From NCBI GenBank assembly GCA_035499455.1, contig DATJYS010000005.1:551348-615347 (forward strand): 64,000 nt of DNA, in the 5' to 3' direction. How positions within the stretch are numbered: position 1 is the stretch's first letter; each line of letters opens with the position of its first letter. The notes under the pieces are model-generated. The model was given only the letters and a program-made list of their open reading frames with translations, did not search any database and had not been told where the DNA came from. Positions 38,454 to 48,386 of this stretch are shown one piece after another. The translations under genes and the position numbers were made by a program. The DNA is from Thermoplasmata archaeon (GTDB taxonomy: Archaea > Thermoplasmatota > Thermoplasmata > Lutacidiplasmatales > UBA184).

Positions 38454-39392
38454 TCAGAGCCGCCCCGCGACGGCGCGGCTCAAGATTCTCTGCAGTGGGG
38501 CAATGTCGGAGATTCGACTGCGGGACCCTTCGGCCGGAGCGCCTCGGCCGACCGCGCGCTCGAACTCGATCGTCGCCCCCGCCCACTCTTCCGAGGAGGG
38601 GCCGACGACTCTCAGTACGTAATCGAACGCCGCCCGCTGGGTCGGCGGTTCGTCCGCGAACGAGACGAAGACGGAGGCGCCGAGGCCGGTGACCTCCCGA
38701 AGGAGCGTCGGGACCGTGGCCGCGTCGTAGAGCGCGATCAGTCGATGGGCGTTGGAGACCACGATGATGCCGGGAGCCGCTTCCGAGACGGTCTTGGCCA
38801 ACGCGAGCTGGATGGGCCGGGGTAGCCGTACGAACTCGGAGAGCTCGGCCATCGAGTCGCGCGGTTCATCGCGGCGGATCACCGATCGCACCGCCTCCCG
38901 CCCGATGTGGTTCGGGGCCATCTCGTCGAGGCGATTGACGATCACCAGGCGGTCCGGCGGAACGAGACCGAGATGGACCGGGTTCCTCCCGGACGGGGGC
39001 TGATGCCCGATCCGCACGTCGATCCAGGAGAACTCCGAACCGACCCAGGCGACGAGACCGTACGTCACCATGTTGACCAGGTCGCGCGACTCGCCGTGGA
39101 CCAGGACCGTCACCGGTTCTCGGGAGAGGAGCGCGGCGAGCTCGAGAGCGGAGCCGGGCTCTTCGGGAGGGCCCCCTCGACCGGCGCGCACGACGCGCGG
39201 GAGAGGTGTCGTGGGGGGGTCGACCGGCGGGCGGGCCCCGGGGCCGGCCGGGCGCTCGGGGGGGACGGTCGGTTGGCCCGCGGGTCCCTTCGCGCTCCGG
39301 GCGGGCGGTGGCGCCCGACGGCGCGGCGGACGCGCGGCGAGCTCGAACGGTCGGCTTGGGGCTTCGGGTCGGTCGACTGACGACGCATCCAT
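38454..39392 (-). CDS. Hypothetical protein, possible inactive RecA/KaiC-like fold with Pro-rich N-terminus
   Basis: VLVHGES..., FSWIDV, IIVVSN, FDYVLRV strand order; no intact Walker A. Confidence 0.5.
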   Translation of the reverse strand: MDASSVDRPEAPSRPFELAARPPRRRAPPPARSAKGPAGQPTVPPERPAGPGARPPVDPPTTPLPRVVRAGRGGPPEEPGSALELAALLSREPVTVLVHGESRDLVNMVTYGLVAWVGSEFSWIDVRIGHQPPSGRNPVHLGLVPPDRLVIVNRLDEMAPNHIGREAVRSVIRRDEPRDSMAELSEFVRLPRPIQLALAKTVSEAAPGIIVVSNAHRLIALYDAATVPTLLREVTGLGASVFVSFADEPPTQRAAFDYVLRVVGPSSEEWAGATIEFERAVGRGAPAEGSRSRISDIAPLQRILSRAVAGRL

Positions 39393-39514
39393 GGAGGGTG
39401 TTCGGTGCTCCTCGGCCTAGAACGTCGGGCCGTGAGCTTGAGCGCGCTCCGAACTCCTTCGGGCGCCCGAACGGGTTCGGGTCGCCCGAGAGCGAAAACG
39501 GACGCCCCGGACCC

Positions 39515-40240
39515 CTAGGCCGCCGCCGACGCCGAGCGCATCGCGGTCTCGAGCAGCTTCTTCTCGATGATCGCGATCGACTCGGAGATCGACGATTTGC
39601 TCCGGCCCAGCCGCTTCGCGAGATCGGTGAGGGTGATCCCGCGAGGGACGGCGAAGTAGCCGGCCGCCATGGCGTTCGAAAGAAGCTGCTGTTGGGTCTC
39701 CGTCAGGATCGGCAGGTGGCTGCGGAGCGGGCGTCGGCGGATCGAAACGATCGTCATGCCGGCGTTCGCCTCGCGCGCGTAGCGGACGATCTCGTCGAAC
39801 TCGGCACGCCGGGCGACGACCTCCCAGGTCAGGAAGCCGTCCTGGATACGGAGCGGAAACTGGATCGGGAGGCGGAGTCGACGATAAACCGCGAGGATCG
39901 GCGGATTGCGATACGTGATTCGGTAGAGGCACCCGTCGCCCACCTCGGCGAGGCTCTCGACCCGATCGACGTCCCGGTACTGCTCGATCTCGCGCGCGTA
40001 TCCGCCCGGGGGACCGCCGCTGATCCAGTAGTCCGAGACGGAGAGGTTCGGACCGACCTCCGCCCGATTGAGCACCTCCAAGCGCACTCCGGGGTGCTCC
40101 GAAGAGAACGGGCCCGTCCAGAGATTCTTCGGGATCCGAACGCGCAGCGTGGCGATGAACAGTCGCACGGGGGCCGGAGGCTCCGCGGAGCGAAGCGCCC
40201 GGAGTCGGGCGCGGTCCTCCGATGCTTCCCCTTCCGCCAC
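39515..40240 (-). CDS. Bat-type (HTH_10) transcriptional regulator
   Basis: LTETQQQLL..AMAAGYFAVPRGITLTDLAKRLGRSKSSISE. Confidence 0.88.
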   Translation of the reverse strand: MAEGEASEDRARLRALRSAEPPAPVRLFIATLRVRIPKNLWTGPFSSEHPGVRLEVLNRAEVGPNLSVSDYWISGGPPGGYAREIEQYRDVDRVESLAEVGDGCLYRITYRNPPILAVYRRLRLPIQFPLRIQDGFLTWEVVARRAEFDEIVRYAREANAGMTIVSIRRRPLRSHLPILTETQQQLLSNAMAAGYFAVPRGITLTDLAKRLGRSKSSISESIAIIEKKLLETAMRSASAAA

Positions 40241-40454
40241 GGAGCGATCGCCCTCCCGGCACGATCCCGCTGTCGCCCGCCCACCTCGGCGGAGAAACCG
40301 GTACGAGCCCCGAGAGCGAGCACCGGTACCCGAGATATAAAGGTGGAAGCAGCCGCCGGTCGCCGTCCCCCCATCGTTGGGGTAGGGCGGGTCGCGGACG
40401 GCTCGGTTCGGGACCGTCGTTTATGTAGGGCCAGCCCGCATCGCGCGGCCGGCC

Positions 40455-40877
40455 GTGAACGACCCGAACCAACCTCTGCCGTACGGTCCCCCCGGCCGGG
40501 GCCCCTACGCCCCCGTCCACGCCTACCGGTGGGTGCTCCTTGCGGCGGTCGCGGTTGCGGCGATCGTCACGGTCGGCGTCGTGCTGTGGCTGGTCCTCCC
40601 CCGGTCCCACGGATACGGTGGTTACTGGTTCCCGCTCGGCGGGTTCTTCCTCGTCTTCGTCGTGATATGGGCCGCCTTCTTCGCAATACGGATGTCGTTC
40701 TGGAGCTCGCGCCGCCAGCAGTACCGCGCCGCCCGGTACGGCGGCGGCCCGTACGGGGGACCGCGCTTCGATCCCGCGATCCGGACGGCCCGTCTCCGGT
40801 ACGCTCGTGGGGAGATCACCCGTCAGCAGTACGACGAGATCGTCCGCGGGCTGCGTCCCGGCCCGCCTCCTCCCTAG
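40455..40877 (+). CDS. SHOCT-domain membrane protein
   Basis: Two TMs then ARLRYARGEITRQQYDE; TATA TTTATG about 30 nt upstream. Confidence 0.85.
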   Translation: MNDPNQPLPYGPPGRGPYAPVHAYRWVLLAAVAVAAIVTVGVVLWLVLPRSHGYGGYWFPLGGFFLVFVVIWAAFFAIRMSFWSSRRQQYRAARYGGGPYGGPRFDPAIRTARLRYARGEITRQQYDEIVRGLRPGPPPP

Positions 40878-41800
40878 CGGGCCGGCGACCTTCCGCGGGC
40901 GCGAGGTCCGCCCTCACGCGCCGCGATCGCCCGCGCGAGAGCGAAGTACGCTTCGGGGGGGAGCTCTTCCGGGCGCCGACCGGCCCAATCCTCCGGCCAG
41001 GACGCCTCCCGGGCCAGCGCCGCCGCGTCCTCTCGCGAGGACGCCACCGTCGGCAGGAGGTTTGAGAGCTGCTTGCGGCGCTGACCGAAGAGGAGGCGGA
41101 CCACCCGCTCGAACTCGGGGACAGACGGAACAGGGAGCCCCCCGTCTCGGGCCACGTGCACCGCGAGGCGACTCGCGACCTCCGGCTCGGGGGTGAACGC
41201 AGACGGCGGCACGGAGCGGAAACGCTCGACGGTGCCGTAGAGCTGGGCGGCGATCGACAGCCGGCCGTACTGCTTCGAGCCGGGGCCGGCGGCGATCCGG
41301 TCGACCACCTCCTTCTGCAGCAGGAAGACGACCCGGGGATACCGGGCGGCGAGCAGCCGGAGCAGGATCGGGGTCCCAACCGAGTACGGGAGATTCCCGA
41401 CGACGCAATCCGCCCGGGGGAGGGCGATCGTGAGCGCGTCTCCCTCGAGGACGCGGATCCGGTTCCCGAAGGTCGATCGCAGGAACCCCGCCAACCGTCG
41501 ATCCCGCTCGATCACCGTAAGGGGAGCCGCTCCCCGCCGGAGCAGCGCCGCCGTGAGGACCCCGAGGCCGCCCCCGATCTCGAGCACGGGGCGACCGGGT
41601 GGAAGTTCGACGAGCGCGGCCTCCGCGTCGGCCACGAACGGGTCGGAGAGGAACGACTGCCCCAGGGCGCGGGACGGTCGGACGCGGAGCCGCTCGAGGG
41701 TGGCGTGGATCTCGCTCGACCGCTCGGGGACGAAGATCGGGGCCGGCCCCGTCGTCGGCCCCTTACGGGGCGACAAAGAGCCGGTACTTGTCGTCGGCAC
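40874..41800 (-). CDS. rsmA: 16S rRNA adenine dimethyltransferase KsgA/RsmA
   Basis: LGQSFL, VLEIGGGLG, GNLPY, YGRLSI; conserved archaeal gene order. Confidence 0.93.
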   Translation of the reverse strand: MPTTSTGSLSPRKGPTTGPAPIFVPERSSEIHATLERLRVRPSRALGQSFLSDPFVADAEAALVELPPGRPVLEIGGGLGVLTAALLRRGAAPLTVIERDRRLAGFLRSTFGNRIRVLEGDALTIALPRADCVVGNLPYSVGTPILLRLLAARYPRVVFLLQKEVVDRIAAGPGSKQYGRLSIAAQLYGTVERFRSVPPSAFTPEPEVASRLAVHVARDGGLPVPSVPEFERVVRLLFGQRRKQLSNLLPTVASSREDAAALAREASWPEDWAGRRPEELPPEAYFALARAIAAREGGPRARGRSPAR

Positions 41801-42308
41801 CGCTCAGCTCCTGCTCGATCCGCGCGACGATCAGACGTTCGGGACTCTTCAGGTGCAATCGCGTCTCGATGTCGGCGAAGCTCTGGAACGGGGCCCGCCG
41901 GCGCTCGTCGACGATCTGCTGCATCGTCTTCTTGCCGATCCCCGGAAGGAGCTCGAGCAGGTGGAACCGTCGTGAGACCGCGGGCGCGTCGTTGAACACG
42001 CGCAGGTAGCGCGCCTCGTTCCCCTTCACGATCGACTCGAGCGCGTTCGTTAACTCGGTGCGGGCCGAGACGGTGAGCTCGTCGTACCCGAGGCGGCGGC
42101 GGACGTGGTCGATCGGCGGCGGGGCCCCTTCGATCGGGACGAGGGGGATCCGCTGCCCCGCGGCGAGCACCGCGCCGGGCCGCGGCACGAGCTCGAGGAG
42201 CTTGAGCTCGTCCTCACCGAGGCCCAGGGCGAGGGGTTCGCGGTGGAAGCCGCGTTCCGTCTGCCGGCCGTTCGGCAGGTAGTCGAGAATGCGAGCGTAG
42301 TTCTCCAC
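41763..42308 (-). CDS. DUF655 family RNA-binding protein
   Basis: YARILDYLP.G, LELLPGIGKK, PFQSFADI, KYRLFV. Confidence 0.92.
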   Translation of the reverse strand: MENYARILDYLPNGRQTERGFHREPLALGLGEDELKLLELVPRPGAVLAAGQRIPLVPIEGAPPPIDHVRRRLGYDELTVSARTELTNALESIVKGNEARYLRVFNDAPAVSRRFHLLELLPGIGKKTMQQIVDERRRAPFQSFADIETRLHLKSPERLIVARIEQELSGADDKYRLFVAP

Positions 42309-42320
42309 GGGGCCTCCCGC

Positions 42321-42635
42321 TCATTTGTGCTGGGCAACGATCTCGAGCAGGCGCGTCACCTGGGCTTCGTCGAGCGCGACCCGCTCCTTCGAGAAGAGGA
42401 GGCGGATCTCTTCGGGGTACTGCGGCAGGACGTCGGCGATCTTGATCGCGAGCGCCGCGTCCACGAACGGGAGCGTCCTGAGTTCGGCGATCATCTTCGC
42501 CGTCGCCTCGGGCTCGAGGCGGACGAACAGTTCGGCGTGCTGCAGGGCGAGCGACGCTTCGCGGGGGAGCGTGCGGCGGGTCGCTTCCTCCGCGAGAAGC
42601 TCCTTCACCCGCGCGAGCGGGACCGGGTCAGGCAT
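42321..42635 (-). CDS. rpo4: RNA polymerase subunit Rpo4 (RpoF)
   Basis: KIADVLP...EIRLLF; lies between rpl21e and DUF655. Confidence 0.9.
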   Translation of the reverse strand: MPDPVPLARVKELLAEEATRRTLPREASLALQHAELFVRLEPEATAKMIAELRTLPFVDAALAIKIADVLPQYPEEIRLLFSKERVALDEAQVTRLLEIVAQHK

Positions 42636-42939
42636 CCTCGGCCTCCGGCGCCGAGGGCACGAGGTGGATCGGGAGGGCGATGAGCTCCTTCGGCTTCCCG
42701 CCGTCCACGAACTGGATGCGGTAGGCGCGCCCGGATTTCGCGACGACCGTGCAGGTGCGGCCCTGGTAGCGGGGGTGCGGCTGGCCGTGCGGGTCGGACG
42801 GTTCGAGCACGACCGTCACCTTGTCGCCGACCGCGAACTCCCGGAGGAACCGGTTGACCGGGGGCATCCCCCGTTCGCGGACCTCCTTCGTGAAGGTGCC
42901 GCGCGAGCGGGAGCGGAACCCCTTCGAACTCTTGACCAT
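42628..42939 (-). CDS. rpl21e: 50S ribosomal protein eL21
   Basis: SKGFRSRSR, PHPRYQGRT, DGGKPK. Confidence 0.96.
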   Translation of the reverse strand: MVKSSKGFRSRSRGTFTKEVRERGMPPVNRFLREFAVGDKVTVVLEPSDPHGQPHPRYQGRTCTVVAKSGRAYRIQFVDGGKPKELIALPIHLVPSAPEAEDA

Positions 42940-44175
42940 CTATGCCTCCGGATCGTGGATCTCTAGCACGTCGAGGTACTCGACCTTTAGGGGGACTCCG
43001 ACGAGGGAGGCGAGGCTCGGGTCGGTGCGTCCCTCATCTCCTTCCACCCACTCCTTGACGTATGTTCCGGCCTCGGTCCTGACATCGAGCGTGAACCGCC
43101 CCTCCGCCCCCTCGACGAGCCGCGCCGCGACGATCCGGCGCTCTCGGACGAGGTCGGACCGGCGGTGCGCCACGCGTCGCGGGGTACGCTGGGCGATCGC
43201 TCGACCGGTCGCGAGCCGGAGAGCCTCATTAACCTTTTCCACGGCCGCCGACCCCACCACGCCGACACGGTAGCTCTTCTCCGGGGACGCCTCCTTCACG
43301 CGGACGACATCCTCGGCGAGCGCGGGCCGTAGGTCGAGGACCTCCACCCGCCCCGCCGCGTCCGGCCCGAGCGCGGCGGCGAGCCCGGCGACGTCGAGGG
43401 TCCGCACCCGCGGCCGGAGCAGTTCCAGCACGAACGGGCGGCCCCGGCCGAGCATCCGGGCGTCGATATCCTCCCGACCCATCCCGTGGAACCGCGTCCC
43501 TTCCGCCCCGGCGGCGCGGACGAACGGCGCGCCGACCAACTCCTCGACGCTCGTCGGGTACGTCTTCCCGGTTCCTCCGCACGCCGGGCAGCCGTGGCCT
43601 AGGCAACGGCGGCACGGCCAGCGGGTTTGGGGCAGCGTCCGGTCGAGCTTGCGGTAGCGGCCCTGCAGATAGAGCGGCATCACCGTGACGTCGACCCGGC
43701 CGACCGGTAGGTCGGCGAGGAAGACCATGTCCGGCCGCTCCGGCCCTCCCGCGGCCCCGGTGCGCGCCTCCAACAGCTTGCCCAGCTCCCGATTGAACGC
43801 CGAACGGGCGCTCTCGCCCCACTCCGTTCCGGTTTCACCCCAGAACGACTCCTCGACCGCCAGCCGCTCGGGGTCCCACCGGGAGCCGCACGTGAACCGG
43901 TGCCACTCGTGGCCCTCCGCGGCGCGCACGCAGCGGTCGGCCCACACCGGGATCCGGGCGAACGTGCCGCCGCACAGCGGGCACGGATCCACCGGGGCCG
44001 CGATGGCCCCCCCGAGGTCGGCCGCAAGCCGGGAAGCGCGCTCCGGGTTCGACAGTCCGTGGCCCCAGCGACCGAAGAGACGCCCGAAGCACTCCGGGCA
44101 GAACCCCCGCGGCGCGGCCCGCCGGGCCGCGGCCCGGATCGGCTCGGTGATCTCGAACGTCGCGGGCTCGGGCAC
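42940..44175 (-). CDS. pus10: tRNA pseudouridine(54/55) synthase Pus10
   Basis: GRYRKLDR..PQT, HGMGREDIDARMLG.GRPF, GTYVKE. Confidence 0.95.
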   Translation of the reverse strand: MPEPATFEITEPIRAAARRAAPRGFCPECFGRLFGRWGHGLSNPERASRLAADLGGAIAAPVDPCPLCGGTFARIPVWADRCVRAAEGHEWHRFTCGSRWDPERLAVEESFWGETGTEWGESARSAFNRELGKLLEARTGAAGGPERPDMVFLADLPVGRVDVTVMPLYLQGRYRKLDRTLPQTRWPCRRCLGHGCPACGGTGKTYPTSVEELVGAPFVRAAGAEGTRFHGMGREDIDARMLGRGRPFVLELLRPRVRTLDVAGLAAALGPDAAGRVEVLDLRPALAEDVVRVKEASPEKSYRVGVVGSAAVEKVNEALRLATGRAIAQRTPRRVAHRRSDLVRERRIVAARLVEGAEGRFTLDVRTEAGTYVKEWVEGDEGRTDPSLASLVGVPLKVEYLDVLEIHDPEA

Positions 44176-44266
44176 GCCCGAACGACACGGTCGGACACAA
44201 TACCTCGTCGGCCGGGGCGGTCCACGGGGAAGGTTTTACTCCGGCCCGGCGTGCCCGGGAGGACGT

Positions 44267-44680
44267 ATGGCGTCGATCAACGAGCTCGAACTGACCCGGG
44301 CGATCGAGCGGACGCTCGTCGCGCACGGCAAGGTCCCCCCCGACGGGGCGCGCCCGGTCGCCCGCATGGTGCTCGGCTATTTCGGACTGGACGATACCGT
44401 ACTGGACAACAAGTTGTCGAGCGAGGACCGCGACCGGTTCTACCAGCTCGAGGAGGAGGGGTTGCTCACGAGCGAGGAGGAGGACGCGACCGTCTCCCGC
44501 GGCAAGACCTGGCGCATCCACTACTGGCTGCTCAAGAAGGCCCGGATCCGGGACGTCGGGCAGAGCGGCGACGCCCCCCGCTCGGCGGACGAGGGCGAGG
44601 TCTACAAGTCGATGGACGAGGCCGGCTGGCGTCGCAAGAGCGAGGCGACCTCCGCCGCCGGGAGCCGTCGGCCGACCTAG
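44267..44680 (+). CDS. DUF6015-like Thermoplasmata conserved protein
   Basis: FG..D.VLDNKL..EDRD.FY.LEEEGLL...GK.WRIHYW; SD GGAGG. Confidence 0.8.
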   Translation: MASINELELTRAIERTLVAHGKVPPDGARPVARMVLGYFGLDDTVLDNKLSSEDRDRFYQLEEEGLLTSEEEDATVSRGKTWRIHYWLLKKARIRDVGQSGDAPRSADEGEVYKSMDEAGWRRKSEATSAAGSRRPT

Positions 44681-45516
44681 CGCTTCGGCGGGATCACCCG
44701 CCGGGGGGCGAAGCTCGTGCGGGGTCCGCCGAGCGCCGGGTAGTCCGCGTGCTGGATCACCGTGCGGACGTGCTCGATGGCGCCGAACGCGAACGCCATC
44801 GCTGCGACCAGCGCGAAGACCGACGCGAGGTCCACCGCGACCCCCCCGATGTGGAACACCGCGAGCAGCACGGTGAGCGACGCGAGGGCGTTGAACGACG
44901 CGTGCATGGCGACGGCGAGCAGATAGTACGCCCCGGTCCCCGGACTGCGCTTCGTGAACTTGGCGCGGGCGAAGCCGTGCCCGAGCATCCCCGTGGAGCT
45001 CCCGTGCAGCAGGACGCTCGAGAGGCTGCGGACCAGGATCAGCGCGAGGCCGGCGACCAGGCCCCCGACCACGAACGCGCCGATCCCGTACAGGAACGTC
45101 TCGAAGAAGCCGAACCCGAGGCCGACGGAAGCGCCGAAGACGGCCCCGTCCGACGGCTGCCGGATGCGATCGCCGTAGGAGAGGACCCCCGACCCCTTGA
45201 GCGCCTCCTCGACGAACGGCGCGATGACGAGGACCAGGAAGAACGCCCCGGCGGTGGAGTTCCTGTTCAGGAAGACGAACTCCGGGCCCGGGTACCGTTG
45301 CGTGATGGACGTGCCGAGCGCCACGATCACTGCCTCGAGAATGCCGGCGGTGATCGTGGCGAACAGGGCGCCGTAGGCGAACGCTCCGAGGACCGAGCTC
45401 CACCCTTCGCCGTGGTACCGCTCGGCGCGACGGACCCAGACGAGGTAGATGAGCGCGGGCAGTAGCGCGACCAGGGCGAGGATCGCCAGCGACTCCGCGG
45501 AGTTCATGGACGTCAT
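44677..45516 (-). CDS. PrsW family intramembrane metalloprotease
   Basis: APFVEEALK, GFGFFE, LLHGSST, HASFN. Confidence 0.92.
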   Translation of the reverse strand: MTSMNSAESLAILALVALLPALIYLVWVRRAERYHGEGWSSVLGAFAYGALFATITAGILEAVIVALGTSITQRYPGPEFVFLNRNSTAGAFFLVLVIAPFVEEALKGSGVLSYGDRIRQPSDGAVFGASVGLGFGFFETFLYGIGAFVVGGLVAGLALILVRSLSSVLLHGSSTGMLGHGFARAKFTKRSPGTGAYYLLAVAMHASFNALASLTVLLAVFHIGGVAVDLASVFALVAAMAFAFGAIEHVRTVIQHADYPALGGPRTSFAPRRVIPPKR

Positions 45517-46424
45517 ACTTCGGGGCCCTTCGGCGGGTAGGGGTAGAACCCCTCGCCGGTCTTGCGGCCGAGCTTCTTCGCCGCGACCATCGTACGGAGC
45601 AGCGGGCAGGCCCGGTAGCGGGGGTCGCGGAAGCCGTCCCAGAGGACGTCGAGGATCGCGAGGGCCGTGTCGAGGCCCACGAGATCGACGAGCTCGAACG
45701 GCCCCATCGGATGGTGGAATCCGAGCCTGTAGGCGGCGTCGATGTCGTCCCGGGTCGCGACGCCCTCGTAGAGCATCCAGGCAGCCTCGTTGACGAGGAC
45801 CGCGAGCGCGCGGGTGGTGACGAACCCGGGGGTGTCGGCGCTCCGGACGATCGTTTTGCCGAGGCCCCGGGCGAACCGTTCGGCCCGCTCGACGACCTCC
45901 GGCCGCGTCCGGTGCCCGGGGATCAGCTCGACGAGGCCCATCTGCAGCACGGGGTTGAAGAAGTGGATCCCCACGAGGCGCCCCGGGTCCTTGAGCTCCT
46001 GGGCGATCGAGGTGATCGGCAGCGAGGAGGTGTTCGACGCGAGGATCGCCTCGCCGCTCGCCGACGCCTCGATCTCGGCGAACAGGCGTCGCTTGATCGC
46101 CAGGTCCTCGGGCGCGGCCTCGATCACGATCTCGGCCGAGCTCGCGCGCCGAAGTCCGATCGCAACATCGATGCGGGCCATCGCGGCGTCGCGGTCCGCC
46201 GCGGTGATCTTCGAGCGGCCGACCGCGTGGTCGAGCGCCCGGCGGGCGCTCTCCACGCCACGGCGGGCGAACTCCTCGGAGACGTCCTCGATCGTGACCC
46301 GGTGCCCGGCAAGGGCGCACTGGGCCGCGATCCCGCTGCCCATGATGCCAGCGCCGACGACGAAGACGCGGCTGACGACCGACTCCCTCGGGTCGCTGTC
46401 GACCGGCGGGGACGCTTCGCTCAC
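45513..46424 (-). CDS. 3-hydroxybutyryl/3-hydroxyacyl-CoA dehydrogenase
   Basis: GAGIMGSGIA, ASNTSSL, HFFNP, HPMGP, GRKTGEGFY. Confidence 0.93.
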   Translation of the reverse strand: MSEASPPVDSDPRESVVSRVFVVGAGIMGSGIAAQCALAGHRVTIEDVSEEFARRGVESARRALDHAVGRSKITAADRDAAMARIDVAIGLRRASSAEIVIEAAPEDLAIKRRLFAEIEASASGEAILASNTSSLPITSIAQELKDPGRLVGIHFFNPVLQMGLVELIPGHRTRPEVVERAERFARGLGKTIVRSADTPGFVTTRALAVLVNEAAWMLYEGVATRDDIDAAYRLGFHHPMGPFELVDLVGLDTALAILDVLWDGFRDPRYRACPLLRTMVAAKKLGRKTGEGFYPYPPKGPEV

Positions 46425-47344
46425 GGCGCCTCCGGGGTCACGATGGTGAGCTTCTGGAACTCGCATCCCCGGCACAGGGGGCCGCTAGCGAGTTCCCCGC
46501 AGATCCGACAGCGCGACGGCGCGACTCCGGCGTCGCCTCCGAGCAGCTCCGCCAGTCGCTCGTGGGTTCTCAGCAGGGCCTGCCGGGTACCGGGGTGATC
46601 CTCCTCGAGCTGCCAGACGACGGCTCGGAACCGGTTCCGGGCGGCCCGGCCGGCGTGGGGGCACTCGGCGTGGTCGAACGGCAGCCCGCGCAGCCGCGCG
46701 TACAGGAACACCTCTCGCTCGGGGACCTGGGCGAGCGGAGCGATGCGCGGAACGAGCCCGGGCTGACGCCCCCGGTGGGGGGCCATCCGGACCAGGCGAT
46801 CGACATCGCCGCGAGCGACGTTCATCAGGACGGTCTGGGCGAGGTCGTCGAGGTTGAACCCCAGGACCAGGGCGTCCGCCTCGGCCGACCGGGCGGCCGC
46901 GTTGAGGAGCCCGCGTCGCCACACCCCGCAGAACGAGCAGGGAGGGGTTCCCGGGAGCTCCCGGGCCGTCCGGTCGGTCGTCGTCCCCAGCTCCTCCTCG
47001 GCCCGGACGATCCGATGCTCGACGCCGAGCGATCGGGCAAGCTCCGCCGCGGCCCGAAGCGTCGCCGTCCGATACGCCGGGATCCCCTCATCCACGCTGA
47101 CCGCGAGGAGCCGGACCGGGATGCGGCCGGCGAAGTACTGATGGGTGAGCCACAGGGCGACGGCCGAATCCTTCCCGCCCGAGATCGCGACGGCGACGGT
47201 CCCGTTTCGGAATCGCGGCAGTTGGCGCCGCATTTCGCGACGGAACCGGTCCTCGACGGACGCCGCGAGATGGTCGGCGCAGGCGTGCCTTCCCCGATAC
47301 GGCTGGTCGACCACCGCGGGAGCGGAACACGCCGAGCAGCGCAC
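46421..47344 (-). CDS. tRNA 2-thiolation protein, TtuA/NcsA (TIGR00269-like) family
   Basis: SGGKDS PP-loop, CSFCGVWRR, CP, N- and C-terminal zinc fingers. Confidence 0.9.
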   Translation of the reverse strand: MRCSACSAPAVVDQPYRGRHACADHLAASVEDRFRREMRRQLPRFRNGTVAVAISGGKDSAVALWLTHQYFAGRIPVRLLAVSVDEGIPAYRTATLRAAAELARSLGVEHRIVRAEEELGTTTDRTARELPGTPPCSFCGVWRRGLLNAAARSAEADALVLGFNLDDLAQTVLMNVARGDVDRLVRMAPHRGRQPGLVPRIAPLAQVPEREVFLYARLRGLPFDHAECPHAGRAARNRFRAVVWQLEEDHPGTRQALLRTHERLAELLGGDAGVAPSRCRICGELASGPLCRGCEFQKLTIVTPEAP

Positions 47345-47444
47345 GGATCCGGGGACGGAGAGGGGCTATTTGAGACCGGAGCGGCGAGCCGCCCTTCCAC
47401 TGCGTCCATACGATTATTAGGCGAAGGCCGGCCAGCGAGCGTCC

Positions 47445-48359
47445 ATGGCGTCGTCGGCGCCGGAGGCACACGGTTCGTCCGTCGGCCGCCGGCCGAAGTG
47501 GCCGACGAACGCCGAACCGGCCGCGCCGTCGTTCAGCGTGACCGACCTGGTCGACCGATTCCAGCGACTGCTCCAGTCGCAGGAGCGCAGCCCCTGCACG
47601 GTGAAGCAGTACGGGCACATCGCCCGCACCTTTCTGGCGTACACCCAGAAGCCCCTCGAGCAGGTGACGATGCGGGACCTGGAAGCGTTCCGCGAGTACC
47701 TCGTGCTGCAGCGTCGCTACTCGAAGAACTCCCTCTACACCACCATCCGGGGGCTCGCGTGCCTCTTCCGCAGCTTCGGGCTCGAGACCGCGGACACGAT
47801 GCAGCCGCCGCGCCGCCCGGAACGCCTCCCGCGCTACCTCACGGAGGAGGAGATGCACCGGCTGTTCGAGGCGGTCAAGGAGTCGGCGCGGGACAGCGCG
47901 ATCGTCCATGTGCTGGCGTTCGGCGGCCTGCGGGTCGGAGAGCTCTGCCACCTGAAGACCGAGGACCTCGAGTTCGAGCGGAACGTCCTCCACGTGCGCT
48001 CCGGCAAGGGCGACAAGGACCGGGAGGTCGTCCTCGAGGAGAGGACCCGAGCCGCGATCGACCGCTACCTCACGGACCGGACCCTCTCGGGGGTCTCCTC
48101 CTCGCGGCTGTTCCCCGTCGGGCCCGTCACGGTCGAGCGGATCGTTCGACGGTCCGCCCAGGCGGCCGGGATCCCCCGGCGCGTGACGCCCCACGTCCTA
48201 CGTCACACGCTCGCGACCGCCCTCCTGTCGCGGGGCTGCGACATCCGCTACATCCAGAAGCTGCTGGGGCACGCTTCCGTGGCGACAACCCAGATCTACA
48301 CGCACGTCGATACGCAGGCGCTGCGGGAAGCGTACCAGCGCGCGAAGCCTGTCTATTAA
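47445..48359 (+). CDS. xerA: Tyrosine recombinase XerA
   Basis: GLRVGE, GKGDKDR, HVLRH, LGH, TTQIY; housekeeping context. Confidence 0.88.
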   Translation: MASSAPEAHGSSVGRRPKWPTNAEPAAPSFSVTDLVDRFQRLLQSQERSPCTVKQYGHIARTFLAYTQKPLEQVTMRDLEAFREYLVLQRRYSKNSLYTTIRGLACLFRSFGLETADTMQPPRRPERLPRYLTEEEMHRLFEAVKESARDSAIVHVLAFGGLRVGELCHLKTEDLEFERNVLHVRSGKGDKDREVVLEERTRAAIDRYLTDRTLSGVSSSRLFPVGPVTVERIVRRSAQAAGIPRRVTPHVLRHTLATALLSRGCDIRYIQKLLGHASVATTQIYTHVDTQALREAYQRAKPVY

Positions 48360-48386
48360 CCCGACGCGCCCTCGGGCGTCTTCGCG

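Noticed and set aside
40297..40329. ACCGGTAC repeated twice upstream of the Bat-type regulator
   Set aside because: An 8-bp repeat in GC-rich DNA is too weak without comparative support.
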